Positions 1 through 11,476 of a DNA stretch of 64,000 nucleotides are shown here, one piece after another. The notes beneath the pieces were generated by a model. The model saw only the letters and a program-made list of their open reading frames with translations. It did no database searches and had not been told where the DNA came from. The stretch is taken from positions 18,662,001 to 18,726,000 of the forward strand of contig OX597832.1 in the NCBI GenBank assembly GCA_951406725.2. The letters are read 5' to 3'. Source of the stretch: Octopus vulgaris. Its lineage: Eukaryota. Within the stretch, counting starts at the first letter, position 1; every line of letters begins with the position of its first letter. The position numbers and the translations under genes were made by a program.

Positions 1-359
1 TATTTTCTTATAAAACTAAATGAGGAAATATTCACTGCATATCAATCACTTTAATGTCTAGAGTTTCTAATTAAACTTAATTCCGCTGGGAGAAGCTTCA
101 TGACAATTCTTGACTCGCCGTTGCAAATATTTATTGATCTAAACATGTAGATGGTGTGAAAGTTGTGTTTGTGGTTATTAAATGTTCAGTAAAGTTGCCA
201 CAAAGAGTCAGGTTATCACTTCTGTTTGTTTGTTTGCTTCTTTCTTTCTTTCTTCGTTTTTTTTCTTTTTGCAGTAATCAGCTATTGGAACTGACTGTTC
301 AGTGGCTGAAACATATTTGAATTAAATACCTGGAGCAAGAATTGATGGACACGGAGATA

Positions 360-610
360 AACATACATGGATACACAAATAAATACATACACACACATAC
401 ATACATACATACACATACGTACATACATACATACATGCATACATACATACATACATACATACATACATGCATACATACACATACATACATATATATATAC
501 ATACATACATACATACACATACATACATATATACACACACATACATAATACATACATACATACATACATACATACATACATACATACATACATGCATACA
601 TACATACATC
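360..610. repeat. (CATA)n/(CA)n compound microsatellite
   Basis: Tandem ACAT units seen directly; they explain the MYVC/HTYI ORFs at 282-669. Confidence 0.95.
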
Positions 611-1778
611 TATATTCTATATTCACAGCTATATTAAGTTCGACATTTTCTTTCTTGTCTGTAAACTAGCAAACACATTTGACACTTCTAGAGTCTACGT
701 TATGATCCACATCTCCCATTAATAAATAAAATTTACCTCATCATGCTCATACATTTAATAATAGAGATAAAGCAAGATCAAAATCGCTCGTTCGCGAAGG
801 TCTGTGAATTAAAGTACAAACATGTAGTTTCAACAAACGTAGAACATCGCTACACACACTAAGCCTTACATTGGCGATATATATGTTCCAGTCTCTGCAG
901 CTTTGAATTGGTGTAACTCTTAAAGTGTATGTCTACTTGTATTAAGAGGTCGGATAAATTATGGATCAAATGCCCGTATCCTATCCATAATCTGAGCTGA
1001 TGCAATAAAGTCGCCTCCGAGGGCAAACTAGTTATATATAACCCTACAGTATAGACCTTAATTACTTAGTAATTAAATTCATGGATTATATATAAGTAGC
1101 ATAGCGTCTCTTAATACAATTAATCCATATAAGTGATAATATTTAGGCTACATGTATCCGCTCTTTTTACCAACAACATATGATGGACTAATTTTATATG
1201 ATTTAATTTAATTTAATTTAATAAATGTATCCAATTTGCTTCTATCCTTAGGAAAAGACTTAAGAATATTGTTTCGTCCACAAAATTATGGCCTATATAC
1301 ATCTTTATAATTCGTTTTAATCCTATGAATTATTTTAGCCTTTATTAATATTGATTGATCTTTATAATTCGTTAAACATATTCAACATTCTTATAATATT
1401 TTCTTCATAGTCTGTGCTATGATATATTAGAAAATGTTTGTGAACGTGTTTGGCAACTGCAACTGTTTCGACAAATGTAAATATTCTGTCTATGCAAAAT
1501 GGTTTTCAAGAGAGCATAAGAGCACGGGTTCTGATAAAGGCCTTCTTTAAGTGTGCCTGTGGAAGTCCTCATATATGTATTATCCTGTACAGCGTAACCA
1601 CTTTGTGGGGCTACGAATATATTTTCGTCTGTAGTGGGGCATGATTCCATTCTTTTTATTTAGAATATACATGCTTTGGTGCCCCTGCAATTGTGCAAGT
1701 TGAGGATAAGATATATATATATATATATATAAAGAGAGAGAAAGAGAGAGAGAGAGAGAATAAAGAGTACGTACGTCG

Positions 1779-1816
<38 letters not shown>

Positions 1817-1824
1817 CGACGTAC

Positions 1825-1860
<36 letters not shown>

Positions 1861-1864
<4 letters not shown>

Positions 1865-1996
1865 AAAAATGGGACAAAACGCAAAACATTCAGAAGACGA
1901 TACAAAAAACACGGGCGGGTCATTCGAAGCCTTCAATCTTCAGTCAAGAACCGGATCATCTTCGCAATTTCGGCTGATTAATCTTGAGATTGCTCC
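1861..1996 (-). mobile_element. Interspersed repeat fragment (possible Penelope-like terminal repeat), inverted homolog of 5410-5490
   Basis: Reverse complement GGAGCAATCTCAAGATTAATCAGCCGAAATTGCGAAGATGATC aligns to GGAGCAATCTCAATAATAATCAGCCGAAATTGCGAGGATAATC at ~5410. Both copies abut TA/CATA microsatellites. The Penelope assignment is inference. Confidence 0.55.
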
Positions 1997-3077
1997 ATAC
2001 ATACATACATACATACATACATACATACATACATACATACATACATACATACATGCATACATACGTATATGTGTATGTGTGTATGTGTGTGCATTGTTTC
2101 AAATAAATCAAACTACCTCTGTAATTAATCGCACATTTTGGATAATAGTAACAAATATGCAAAATTTTACTGTAATGAGGGTATTGCGTACTTTATCACA
2201 GTCGCGAGTTTTTATTTTGTTATTCTAACAAAAGCACTTTTACACACAGAGCACACATGCACACAAGCATATACGTGCACGCATATATGCAGCATGTTTG
2301 CATGTGCGAACGCATGGAAGTATGCACCTAGTACGTACACATGTGTGAGCGCTGATAGCAAAAGTGATCTGTCAGTTAAATATAAGCGTGTTTGTCAATA
2401 TTTAATTATCCTCATTAGGCTTAGAGTAGAGTCTTTGTTGTGTAATGACATCTCGTCCATTGTTAACATGATGACATTAACTTTGAGACGTAAAGCGTCA
2501 TATTCATTAATATCAGGTGTAACCTGTTGATACATGCTTCTTACAGATTCTTCTCCTTCCTCGGCTTCTTTCCTTTACGCTGTCTATTCTTCACGTGCGT
2601 TTGAATGCTTTTTGGCAAAACAGGAATATATACAGCGATACGAAATTAGAAATAAGCAAACAAATAAATAAATTAATAAATAAATAGATAAAGAAATAAA
2701 TAAATCAATACCTGAAAGAAGAACATGAAAATGTAGAGCTAAGAAAATTAAGAGCTAATTAGAGATAGCAGATTTATGAGTAGAGTTGGGTGGATTTTTC
2801 CTGTCTAAATTATCGGTTGAAAGTGGAAACAAAAATGGACCTGTTCGCTTGAGATATGTACAGAGAGAGAGAGAGGGAGAAATAGAGAGACATATAGATA
2901 GATAGAGAGAGAGAAGGGGGAAGAGAGAATAAAAGATAGAGAAAAGGAAGCTTACAGATATAAAATTGAAGCTCTTCTAGAGAACTGTATTAGATGGGGG
3001 AAACTATTTTCACAAATCTCATTTTCTAGCAAATTCTGTTTCCAAATGTCTCTCTCTCTCTTACTTTTCCGCTCTCG

Positions 3078-3114
<37 letters not shown>

Positions 3115-3117
<3 letters not shown>

Positions 3118-3331
3118 TTTTACTTGTTTCACTAATTTTGACTGCGGCTATGCTGGAGCACCCACCGCTTTTGGACGAACAGGCCCCAGGTCTTATTCTT
3201 TGTAAACCTAGTACTTATTCTATCGGTCTCTTTTACCGAACCGCTAAGTTACTAGCATGTAAACGCACCAACATCGGTTGACAGGCGATGGTGGAGGAGG
3301 ACAAACACTGACAGACAAACATATACCATAC

Positions 3332-3383
<52 letters not shown>

Positions 3384-3523
3384 GACGGGCTTCTTTCAGT
3401 TTTCGTTTACCAAATCCACTTACAAGATTTTAGTCGGCCCGAGGTTATAATAGAAGACATATGTCCAAGGTGTCACCAAGTGACACTGAACCCAGAACCA
3501 TGTGGCTTGAAAGCAAGCTTCTT
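3115..3523 (-). mobile_element. SINE family A (tRNA-derived, CORE-like, internal microsatellite), 5' head truncated
   Basis: Reverse complement of the family seen at 15427, 16957, 18824 and 26809 (CCTTGG..GTCTTCTA, GGATTTGGTAAACGAAAACTGAAAGAAGCCCGTCG, GAGACCGATAGAATAAGTACTAGG, GCTCCAGCAT). Confidence 0.85.
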
Positions 3524-5226
3524 TAGTTCATCAAATTAACCATAAAGGCTTTACATAGATGGAAGCAGATGCGGGCTGGACAACCACACAAATGAAAGGA
3601 AAGATGAAAAGAATAATGATATTGAGGAGAGAAGCAGACGACGCCCGCCGATCGCTGCTTCCGGAAAAGCTTGTTCTGTTTTTTATCTCTTATAAAAACA
3701 AACTGATCTTATAAAACCCTTACTATAGTTCAACTGGACACAAGGTCCTTACAAATGAGGCACTAAGCCACTTACATTTTTCCATACTGGGCCCTATGCC
3801 CCTTCAGTAAGAGGCACTAAGCCACTTACTTTTTTCCGCCCCACCGGCGCCCGACCAGGCTCAACACGTCATTTAAGTACGTTGATTGAGCCATGTCGGG
3901 GTGCGTCAGCCGGGAGCGGAATGCTTCTTCGGGGAAGGAGTTGATTACCTTGAGCATATCTGTCTCCGACACGACCTTCGCAGCCACGTGCGGATGCCAT
4001 GCAGGGTCCTCAATAAAGGCTAAGACTCTTCCCCTCCGACCCTCTAGGGTAAACCCTTTCATAAATTCTTCAATTGCCCCTCCCTTGTAGCAGAAGATTA
4101 CAAATTCCTGCTTCACCAAGGGAGAGGCCTCAGTTTCCACCGTCGGTAGCACAATTCCCACCGAGGGGTTTCGGGACATGCCGACAGTTTGTTAGTAACC
4201 GCCGTCAACGCCCCATTTTTCTTTTTATTATTTTTCGTTTGCCACGGGAAGGTGGAGTTCTTCCGTTTTGTCCGGAAGATTTTCCTTCCCTCCCGCAGCC
4301 TTAGGATCCCTCGGTGGGCAGCCATTGCAACCCACCTTCCTCTTCCGGCGTTTTTCGTTAAGGAGGCCCACACCTCCTTGACCATCTCCTTATCTCCCTC
4401 CGAACGAGGAATGGGTGATTCTTCCTCAACTATCTGCTCTAGGACCCTACTCTGATCGTGGGAACAGTTCTTTTTTATGGCATGGTTCCAGGCATTGGTG
4501 ACACTTGGGAGGACGTCCCTCAAGTATCACCGGATACCTGTTACCAGCCATTGTCAAAAAATCTGGGAAGACCAGATTCTTAGGTGATTGGGTTCACAGG
4601 GTGAAAACAGCTTTTGACCAACCCAATCAGCCACCGGCAACATTTTTACATTAAGCAGCTTGGATCCGCTGCCACCCAGCCCTGACGGATAGTATCTTCT
4701 ATCCACTCGGGCTCCATTCCAGGTGGCAACCCGCAGACCCAAGCTCTTGTCAACTTCTTCCCCCAATACGTGGGGAGAAACAGGATCTCATGGCCCTCTA
4801 AGGGCTGGCTCTAAAATTTGTGAGCCTCTTGAGGGGTGTCAAATAGCAACCACACCATTGCATACTTGGTACCCCTGGAAATAAATTTTATATTTGGCAG
4901 ATAGACAGCCAACTCCTTCTCCATCTCTAACTTTTTGAAAACGGCGATGTTGTCGAGCGACTTTAAATAAGTCCTCAACACCACCGTCCTCTCTTCTACG
5001 TCTTTCACCTACACTTTGGGTGGGCCAATCTCCCACTCCAACATAGTGCTCGTTTTTTTTTCTGCCATGTTTTGGAAGAAAAGTTCACACAAAAAAGTTG
5101 AAATAGTGAAAAAAGAAACACAAAAAGGAAAGACGGAAGAAGGAAAGTAAACAGTCCAAAACTCAGCGACTTCAATCTCCCAGTCAACTGGTATAGTAAC
5201 AGGAACACAGACGAGCAACAGGAACA
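3524..5226 (-). mobile_element. ORF1-only (HAL1-like) non-LTR retroelement, Tx1/L1-type ORF1, degenerate
   Basis: GC-rich island with a 5' UTR (5226-5069), an ATG at 5068, a disrupted ORF to 3826 and a ~300 nt 3' UTR. No endonuclease or RT sequence follows. Confidence 0.65.
3826..5068 (-). pseudogene. Gag/ORF1-like nucleic-acid-binding protein (RRM-like region plus CCHC zinc knuckle) with stops and frameshifts
   Basis: Joined frames read MAEKKTSTMLEWEIGPPKV*VKDVEERTVVLRTY...KFISRGTKYAMVWLLFDTPQEAHKF / FLPTYWGKKLTRAWVCGLPPGMEPEWIEDTIRQG / YPVILEGRPPKCHQCLEPCH-(fs)-IKKNC (CX2CX4HX4C) / ...LSLVGRRWGGKK*. About 410 codons in total. Confidence 0.7.
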
Positions 5227-5229
5227 ATT

Positions 5230-5490
5230 TGGCCTTAGTCGAAAACACCTTTTGTTATGACTTGTTATCATTTTTATTGTACTTTTTTATTGTTTCTATG
5301 TTTGTGTAACATTGTCCGTTTTTTTCAACCTTGTTTTGTACACATTCGCTGCTTTCTTCCAAGGAATCTAATGCTCTTAGCTTAGTTTTTCCTTTGGGCT
5401 GGCCAGATAGGAGCAATCTCAATAATAATCAGCCGAAATTGCGAGGATAATCTCGTGCTTGACTAAGGAAAGAAAATTTCGATTTGTATT
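5230..5490 (+). mobile_element. Interspersed repeat fragment (possible Penelope-like terminal repeat)
   Basis: The 3' part is homologous to the inverted copy at 1861-1996. Confidence 0.45.
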
Positions 5491-5541
5491 ATTTATATAT
5501 ACACATTGCCATATATACATATAAATATACGTACACTTTGG

Positions 5542-5580
<39 letters not shown>

Positions 5581-5877
5581 TCCATATGCATATAGATGCA
5601 CACACATAAGTGCATACATAAGAACATACACAGACAGAAGACACACGCACACACATACATATATATGTTTACATTGTCATATAGATACTTATATGTTTAC
5701 ACGTAAGCATATGTGTATATGTGTGTGTCTCTCTACGCATATTAATTCTATGGAGAAACAAATTAATTCACAACTAACTATAACGCTTACAACGATTTTT
5801 GCTGGTTAGTATTAGCATCTCTATCTCTCTTTCTATCTCTCTCCTTCTATCTAGCTCTTTCATTCACTCTTCCGCTC

Positions 5878-6318
5878 GTTTCCTCGGAATTCTTCACTTT
5901 ATCCGCTCTTACCGTCCTCTTTTCTAATCTCTACTCCCTCCCTAACTCTCTATATTTCTCTCTTACTCACTCTTTCACTACCTCTTCCTCTCTTTTCCTC
6001 GGAATTCTTCACTTTATCCGCTCTTACCGTCCTCTTTTCTAATCTCTACTCCCTCCCTAACTCTCTATATTTCTCTCTTACTCACTCTTTCACTACCTCT
6101 TCCTCTCTTTTCCTCGGAATTCTCCACTTTATCTGCTCTTACCGTCCTCTTTTCCAATCTCTACTCCCTCCCTAACTCTCTATAATTCTCTCTTACTCAC
6201 TCTTTCACTACCTCTTCCTCTCTTTTCCTCGGAATTCTCCACTTTATCTGCTCTTACCGTCCTCTTTTCCAATCTCTACTCCCTCCCTAACTCTCTATAT
6301 TTCTCTCTCACTCACTCT
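5878..6318. repeat. 115-bp polypyrimidine minisatellite, ~3.8 copies
   Basis: TCCTCGGAATTCT recurs at 5881, 5996, 6111 and 6226. Confidence 0.95.
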
Positions 6319-6935
6319 CTCTCTCTCCTTTTATCTCGCTTTCTTTCTCTTAATGGCACTAAGATAAACGGATCAACGAGTAAACGGATAATGTGATTTG
6401 TTGAAATCAACGAAGATTTTCTCAAGAACAATACAGTTGGCAATAATCTTGCCATTAATTAGTCAAAAACACTGAGTGGAATTCACGCTCGAAAAGACTT
6501 CTTTGTAAATGTTGAGTTTTCCTTGAATGAAACAGTTGGTTAGCGAATTATAAGTCATTATAAAAATGCAAGTCATTACATCAAATTAAAAAGAGAAAAA
6601 TCACACGAAACAATTACAAAATTAACAACGAGATAAAATAACGTTCGATTCGTTTGATGTCATGATTAAATAGAAACTTAAATATAAACATTTTAAAAGG
6701 AATGGCTTTCTAGCATGCATCCAGGTGCTATGAAAAGAGTTAACGATATTAGCTCCTTTTGGAATAGGCTTTCATCATATATATAAAGTATTCGGGAGTA
6801 TTATCTCGCTAAAAATCTCTGATCTACATTCTCGAATATGGTTGCATCAAGTAGTAATCATAATAATATATAATCCAGAAGGCTGGAACTGTTTATGATA
6901 AGGTTGTGCGGGTATATAAAGATTAGGTTTTGCTG

Positions 6936-6980
<45 letters not shown>

Positions 6981-7236
6981 TAAATAATAGTGTTTTAAAA
7001 AACAAACAACAATTAATTACGGGTAGATTTCGGTATGTAAATATAACCATTAACGGTAGGAACTTTTATAAAAGTTCAATATACATATTTTTTTTGTATT
7101 TAAAGAAAATAGGCAGGCAACAGATTGCTTAGCCACATAACGAAAAATTAGAAATAGCAGTCAAATACTGTATATTTCTATTTTCTACAAATGAAACATC
7201 ATATATATAACAAATTTCATGTATATAACATAAAAC

Positions 7237-7308
<72 letters not shown>

Positions 7309-7319
7309 ATATATATTCA

Positions 7320-7515
7320 TCATGTTCAACCGGTTATCCCTACACATTGTTTTGCCCTCCGCTTTTGTTATTCGTTCTCTCTTCATTTTTTTTCTTCTTA
7401 ATCATATCTATCGAAGTGCGTAGGCTCGAATCGTCGAAGACTTTTCCATTCTTCCTGAGAGTTAAACTAATGCACCTGCTCGTTGTTCCTTCACCTGTCT
7501 CCATCTTTTGATTTC
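7320..7515 (+). mobile_element. Penelope-like terminal repeat remnant, homolog of 28330-28545
   Basis: Shares GAAG.GCGTAGGCTCGAA...ACTTTT...GAG.GTTA.ACTAAT.CA.CTG...CACCTGTCT with 28430-28525. Confidence 0.55.
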
Positions 7516-7684
7516 TCTAAATTTGAACTAGACACACACAAATACACACACACAAACACACACACACACACACACACAAACACACATATACAACTCAAAT
7601 ATAAGATTAAAGAATTAACGTTAAGAAAACACAAGTTAAAAACAATATCAAAAATCTTATTTCTTGAGAATGAAACAATTGTTG

Positions 7685-8330
7685 TCCCCAATTTGAAACT
7701 CGATATCAGGTTCTAAGAGATGTTTTAGTCCATCTATAGGTAGCAGTGGCTGGTTACTTCTCTGAATCACTGTACGTTTCTTTGATATGAACATTCAATT
7801 CTTTTGTACACGATAAAGTACTACTCTTCGCTTCAGTGAACAATTTCTTAATAACCCCGTATGGATCCTTCAGCAACTGATCCCGAGCCATTTTACTTTC
7901 CTTTCGTCACTCATATCAGCGGATATGCCGTTGTACATAACCGCATTTCATTTTTAAATTTTCGTACAGCAGCGAAAGGCTTGTTTTTTTTTCTCTTCTG
8001 CTGCACATTTCCACCGCTTTCTTGGGCTGTTCTTTTCCTTCCTCAACTATTACATTTTCCTAATCCTCCTCCTTGGTCCACACATTCCTATCGCTAATCG
8101 GGTAATCTTTAACTCCAAACAATTCCTTTCCCGCATCGTATGCTGAGCTTGTTAATTTTCCCAGTTTCTCCACTGTACATATCGTCATTTTATAAAGAGC
8201 TTGACATAACTTGTTTTCAAAAACTTTATAACTACCATTTTCATTAGCAGCAGGCCACAGAACCCTCGGTTTCCTCCTAGCACTATCTGATACACCAGCT
8301 TCATAATCCGCACCTTCCTGTCGGGAGAAT
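7685..8330 (-). mobile_element. Hero-clade (R2 superfamily) non-LTR retrotransposon fragment, region upstream of RT, degenerate
   Basis: Minus-strand peptides RKPRVLWPAANE..KVFENKL..VEKLGKLTSSAYDAGKELFG and RKESKMARDQLLKDPYGVIKKLFTEAKSSTLSCTKELNVHIKETYSDSE resemble conserved Hero N-terminal blocks (WP..N, ERFG, F.DP..F, L..TYSD). Several stops. Confidence 0.7.
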
Positions 8331-8617
8331 GTCTTTGCTGTAAACTTTATCGATCCGCTGTACCTTGTCTGGAGAGAGTCACTCTCTTTCAATGCATTAT
8401 TAATTAACACACTCACCGGTTCGGTTTCTAACCTTTTACTTATTAATTGATTTATATATATATTTAAAAAAATAATTTTTGATTCTGTCCGTTCTCGTGT
8501 CTGCGTTCTTTTTATTTTTTTTGTTTTATTTTGTGTGCATCACTTTGCGTCACCGTGCATGTGTATACACATATTTATGTATGTATGTATATATGTATGT
8601 ATGTATATATATATATA

Positions 8618-8704
<87 letters not shown>

Positions 8705-8710
8705 TGTGAA

Positions 8711-9000
8711 GGCGCATGGCTCAGTGGTTAGGGCGTCGATCTTACGACTGCGAGGTTGTGAGCTCGAATCCCGGACTGGTCTGCGTGTTGTGTTCTTGAG
8801 CAAGACACTTTATTTCATTTCACGTTGCGACGTCACAGGTGTCAAGCTGTATCGGCCTTTATAACATCAGTGGGGCGGAGAAGGGAGGCCGCTATACATG
8901 GGCTACTGCCGGTCTTCCATAAATAACCTTGCCCGGACTTGTGCCTCGGAGGGTAACTTTCTAGGTTGAATCGCATGGTCATTCATGACCGAAGGAGGTT
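8711..9000 (+). mobile_element. SINE family C (tRNA head plus CORE-like TTGAGCAAGACACTT)
   Basis: Pol III A box TGGCTCAGTGG, B-box-like GCTCGAATCCC and CORE-like TGTGTTCTTGAGCAAGACACTTTA. Homolog at 61249. Confidence 0.85.
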
Positions 9001-9125
9001 TGCGACTCCGACCCCTTTGTATATATGTATGTGTATGTATGTCTATATGTATATATATATGGGTGTGTGTAGGTTTGTATGTATGTATATATTCTACATA
9101 TTCATGTGCTCGTATATATATGTAG

Positions 9126-9171
<46 letters not shown>

Positions 9172-9210
9172 GAAAGATTTTTTATGTGAAGTAGTGTGTT
9201 TAAACAGATA

Positions 9211-9398
9211 TTGTTATATTTCGGAATGGTCATATTGCCAGTTTAGCCAATAAAAACACACGCACTATATATTTGGTGTTATTTTGCTTCAGTGATATTT
9301 ATTTTTTACATTAATCTTAATCCTACTTCGGCCAGCAAATATAACACCAAATCTATAATTTTATTGGCTAAACTGGCAATACGACCATTCCGAAATAT

Positions 9399-9403
<5 letters not shown>
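9211..9403. mobile_element. MITE/fold-back element with ~70-bp inverted arms between (TA)n tracts
   Basis: Arm 9211-9288 (TTGTTATATTTCGGAATGGTCATATTGCCAGTTTAGCCAATAAAA...TTTGGTGTTATTTTGCT) is the reverse complement of 9334-9403, with a small indel. Confidence 0.8.
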
Positions 9404-9448
<45 letters not shown>

Positions 9449-9748
9449 GAACTACGGATTAGTTCCCCTTACAGTGTGGACTCTTCAAGCATCACTCTTT
9501 GATATTTGTCAGCCTTGTGTCACGTGTTCATCGTGTTTGTATTGTCACAAACTCTCTGTATCCTATTCCAGTCATTACCTCAGTATCTAAGGTTGAGTTC
9601 CACAGGTTTCATTACATAAAATGATAACTTCTTTCTGTCCCACCTGTATACTTGAATCCCATCTCTCTAGTCATATCCAGGGATGTACATGCGGTGCATG
9701 AAGTTCTGTAGTGCTTCCTTATATAGATAGAGAGAGACAGAGATAGAT

Positions 9749-9850
9749 TAAGTACCAGTTACGTACTGGGGTCGATGTAATCGACTTAATCCGTTTGACT
9801 GTCCTTGTTTGTCCCCTCTATGTTTAGCCTCTTGTGGGCAATAAAAAAAT
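9749..9850 (+). mobile_element. SINE family B 3' fragment
   Basis: AAGTACCAGTTACGTACTGGGGTCGATGTAATCGACTTAATCC...TTTAGCCTCTTGTGGGCAATAAA matches the 3' half of the 37504-37734 copy. Confidence 0.8.
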
Positions 9851-9852
9851 AA

Positions 9853-9859
9853 GATAGAC

Positions 9860-9895
<36 letters not shown>

Positions 9896-9920
9896 GGATG
9901 GATAGATAGATAAATAGATT

Positions 9921-10014
<94 letters not shown>

Positions 10015-10025
10015 GAGATAGAGAC

Positions 10026-10097
<72 letters not shown>

Positions 10098-10098
10098 T
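9853..10098. repeat. (GATA)n microsatellite
   Basis: Direct tandem repeat. Confidence 0.95.
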
Positions 10099-11006
10099 GA
10101 CAGATGATGGCTGGCTGGATGGATAGAAAGAAATCCTCACTCACACATACATAATTACTTATTTACAAATACTTGTCTGAATGCAGATATAGAGATCGAT
10201 AAAATAACGAAATTATATATACATGTTCCAGCCTTACATCCAACAAAATATGTTTGCAAACTTGAACGTGTGTATATATATCTATGCATATATATGTATA
10301 TATTTGTTGAAGTTCCGAGATAGAATGTGCGATGCGACATCCTGCCAGGGTAGATACGCATACAGATATATATATATATATATATATACGTAAATCTATA
10401 CACACATGGATGTTTGCATATCTCTTATGCTTGTTTGTTAATGCGATCTTATGTATCTTATTCTCTTTAACCTTAGTCTATACTAGTAAGTATATTTTAG
10501 AATGTACGCTCACAGACCAGATTAATGATCTCTTCCTTGACATTCTATTAACCAGCTACTTTATCAGTAGATTAATATCACCCTAACAGTTACGGTTTTT
10601 TTTTTTACCTTATCTGTTCACCCATGTGAGACGGATATATATTTTACCACTTTTCTTCCATTCCGTTAGACAATCTACATTCTCGCTCCTAATTTCTCAT
10701 TCATATATTTTTTTCTTCTTTTGTGTTGTTCTTATTATTATCGTTTTTATTATCGTTTTTTTTTTTTATTGTTCTCGTCGTTGATGTTTGTTTTTTCTTC
10801 TTCTTGGTGGTGTGTTAGTGATGATGCCTGTGTCGTAATATCGGCTAATGTTGTGGGGGCGGAGTTGCCTATTCAAAGGATAATCGTTGAAAATTCTTAT
10901 GCTTGCGTTTGCATTACTAAATATTTACTTTCTCCAAGTATTTTAGTTTATACATTCTCACGCACACACAAGCACACATATTTATGTATATGCATGTGTG
11001 GATATG

Positions 11007-11068
<62 letters not shown>

Positions 11069-11178
11069 TGCGAGTACGTATATACACATTCATGTGTGAG
11101 TGTGTGTGCATGTATATATACATATCTAATACATATATATGTATATATATATATACTTGTAAACACACATTTATCCAC

Positions 11179-11210
<32 letters not shown>

Positions 11211-11420
11211 AGATATGTACGTATGTATAATGCATATATATATATACATATATATATGTACTTGTTTATATATATCTATATATATATAGATATGTATGTA
11301 TGTACTTATGTATAACATGAAGTATAATATGATGTATATATATATATATACTTCTCTTTTGAAATATCTCGAAGCACTCACATAAAGCTATAAATAATGG
11401 CATGCAAATATTTTAGGATG

Positions 11421-11476
<56 letters not shown>

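Noticed and set aside
1010-1032. GC hairpin plus CTAG|T resembling a Helitron 3' end
   Set aside because: The stem is very short and no matching 5' TC end or second copy was found.
1417-1650. 77-aa non-repetitive minus-strand ORF
   Set aside because: No recognisable motif and no convincing splice acceptor or donor.
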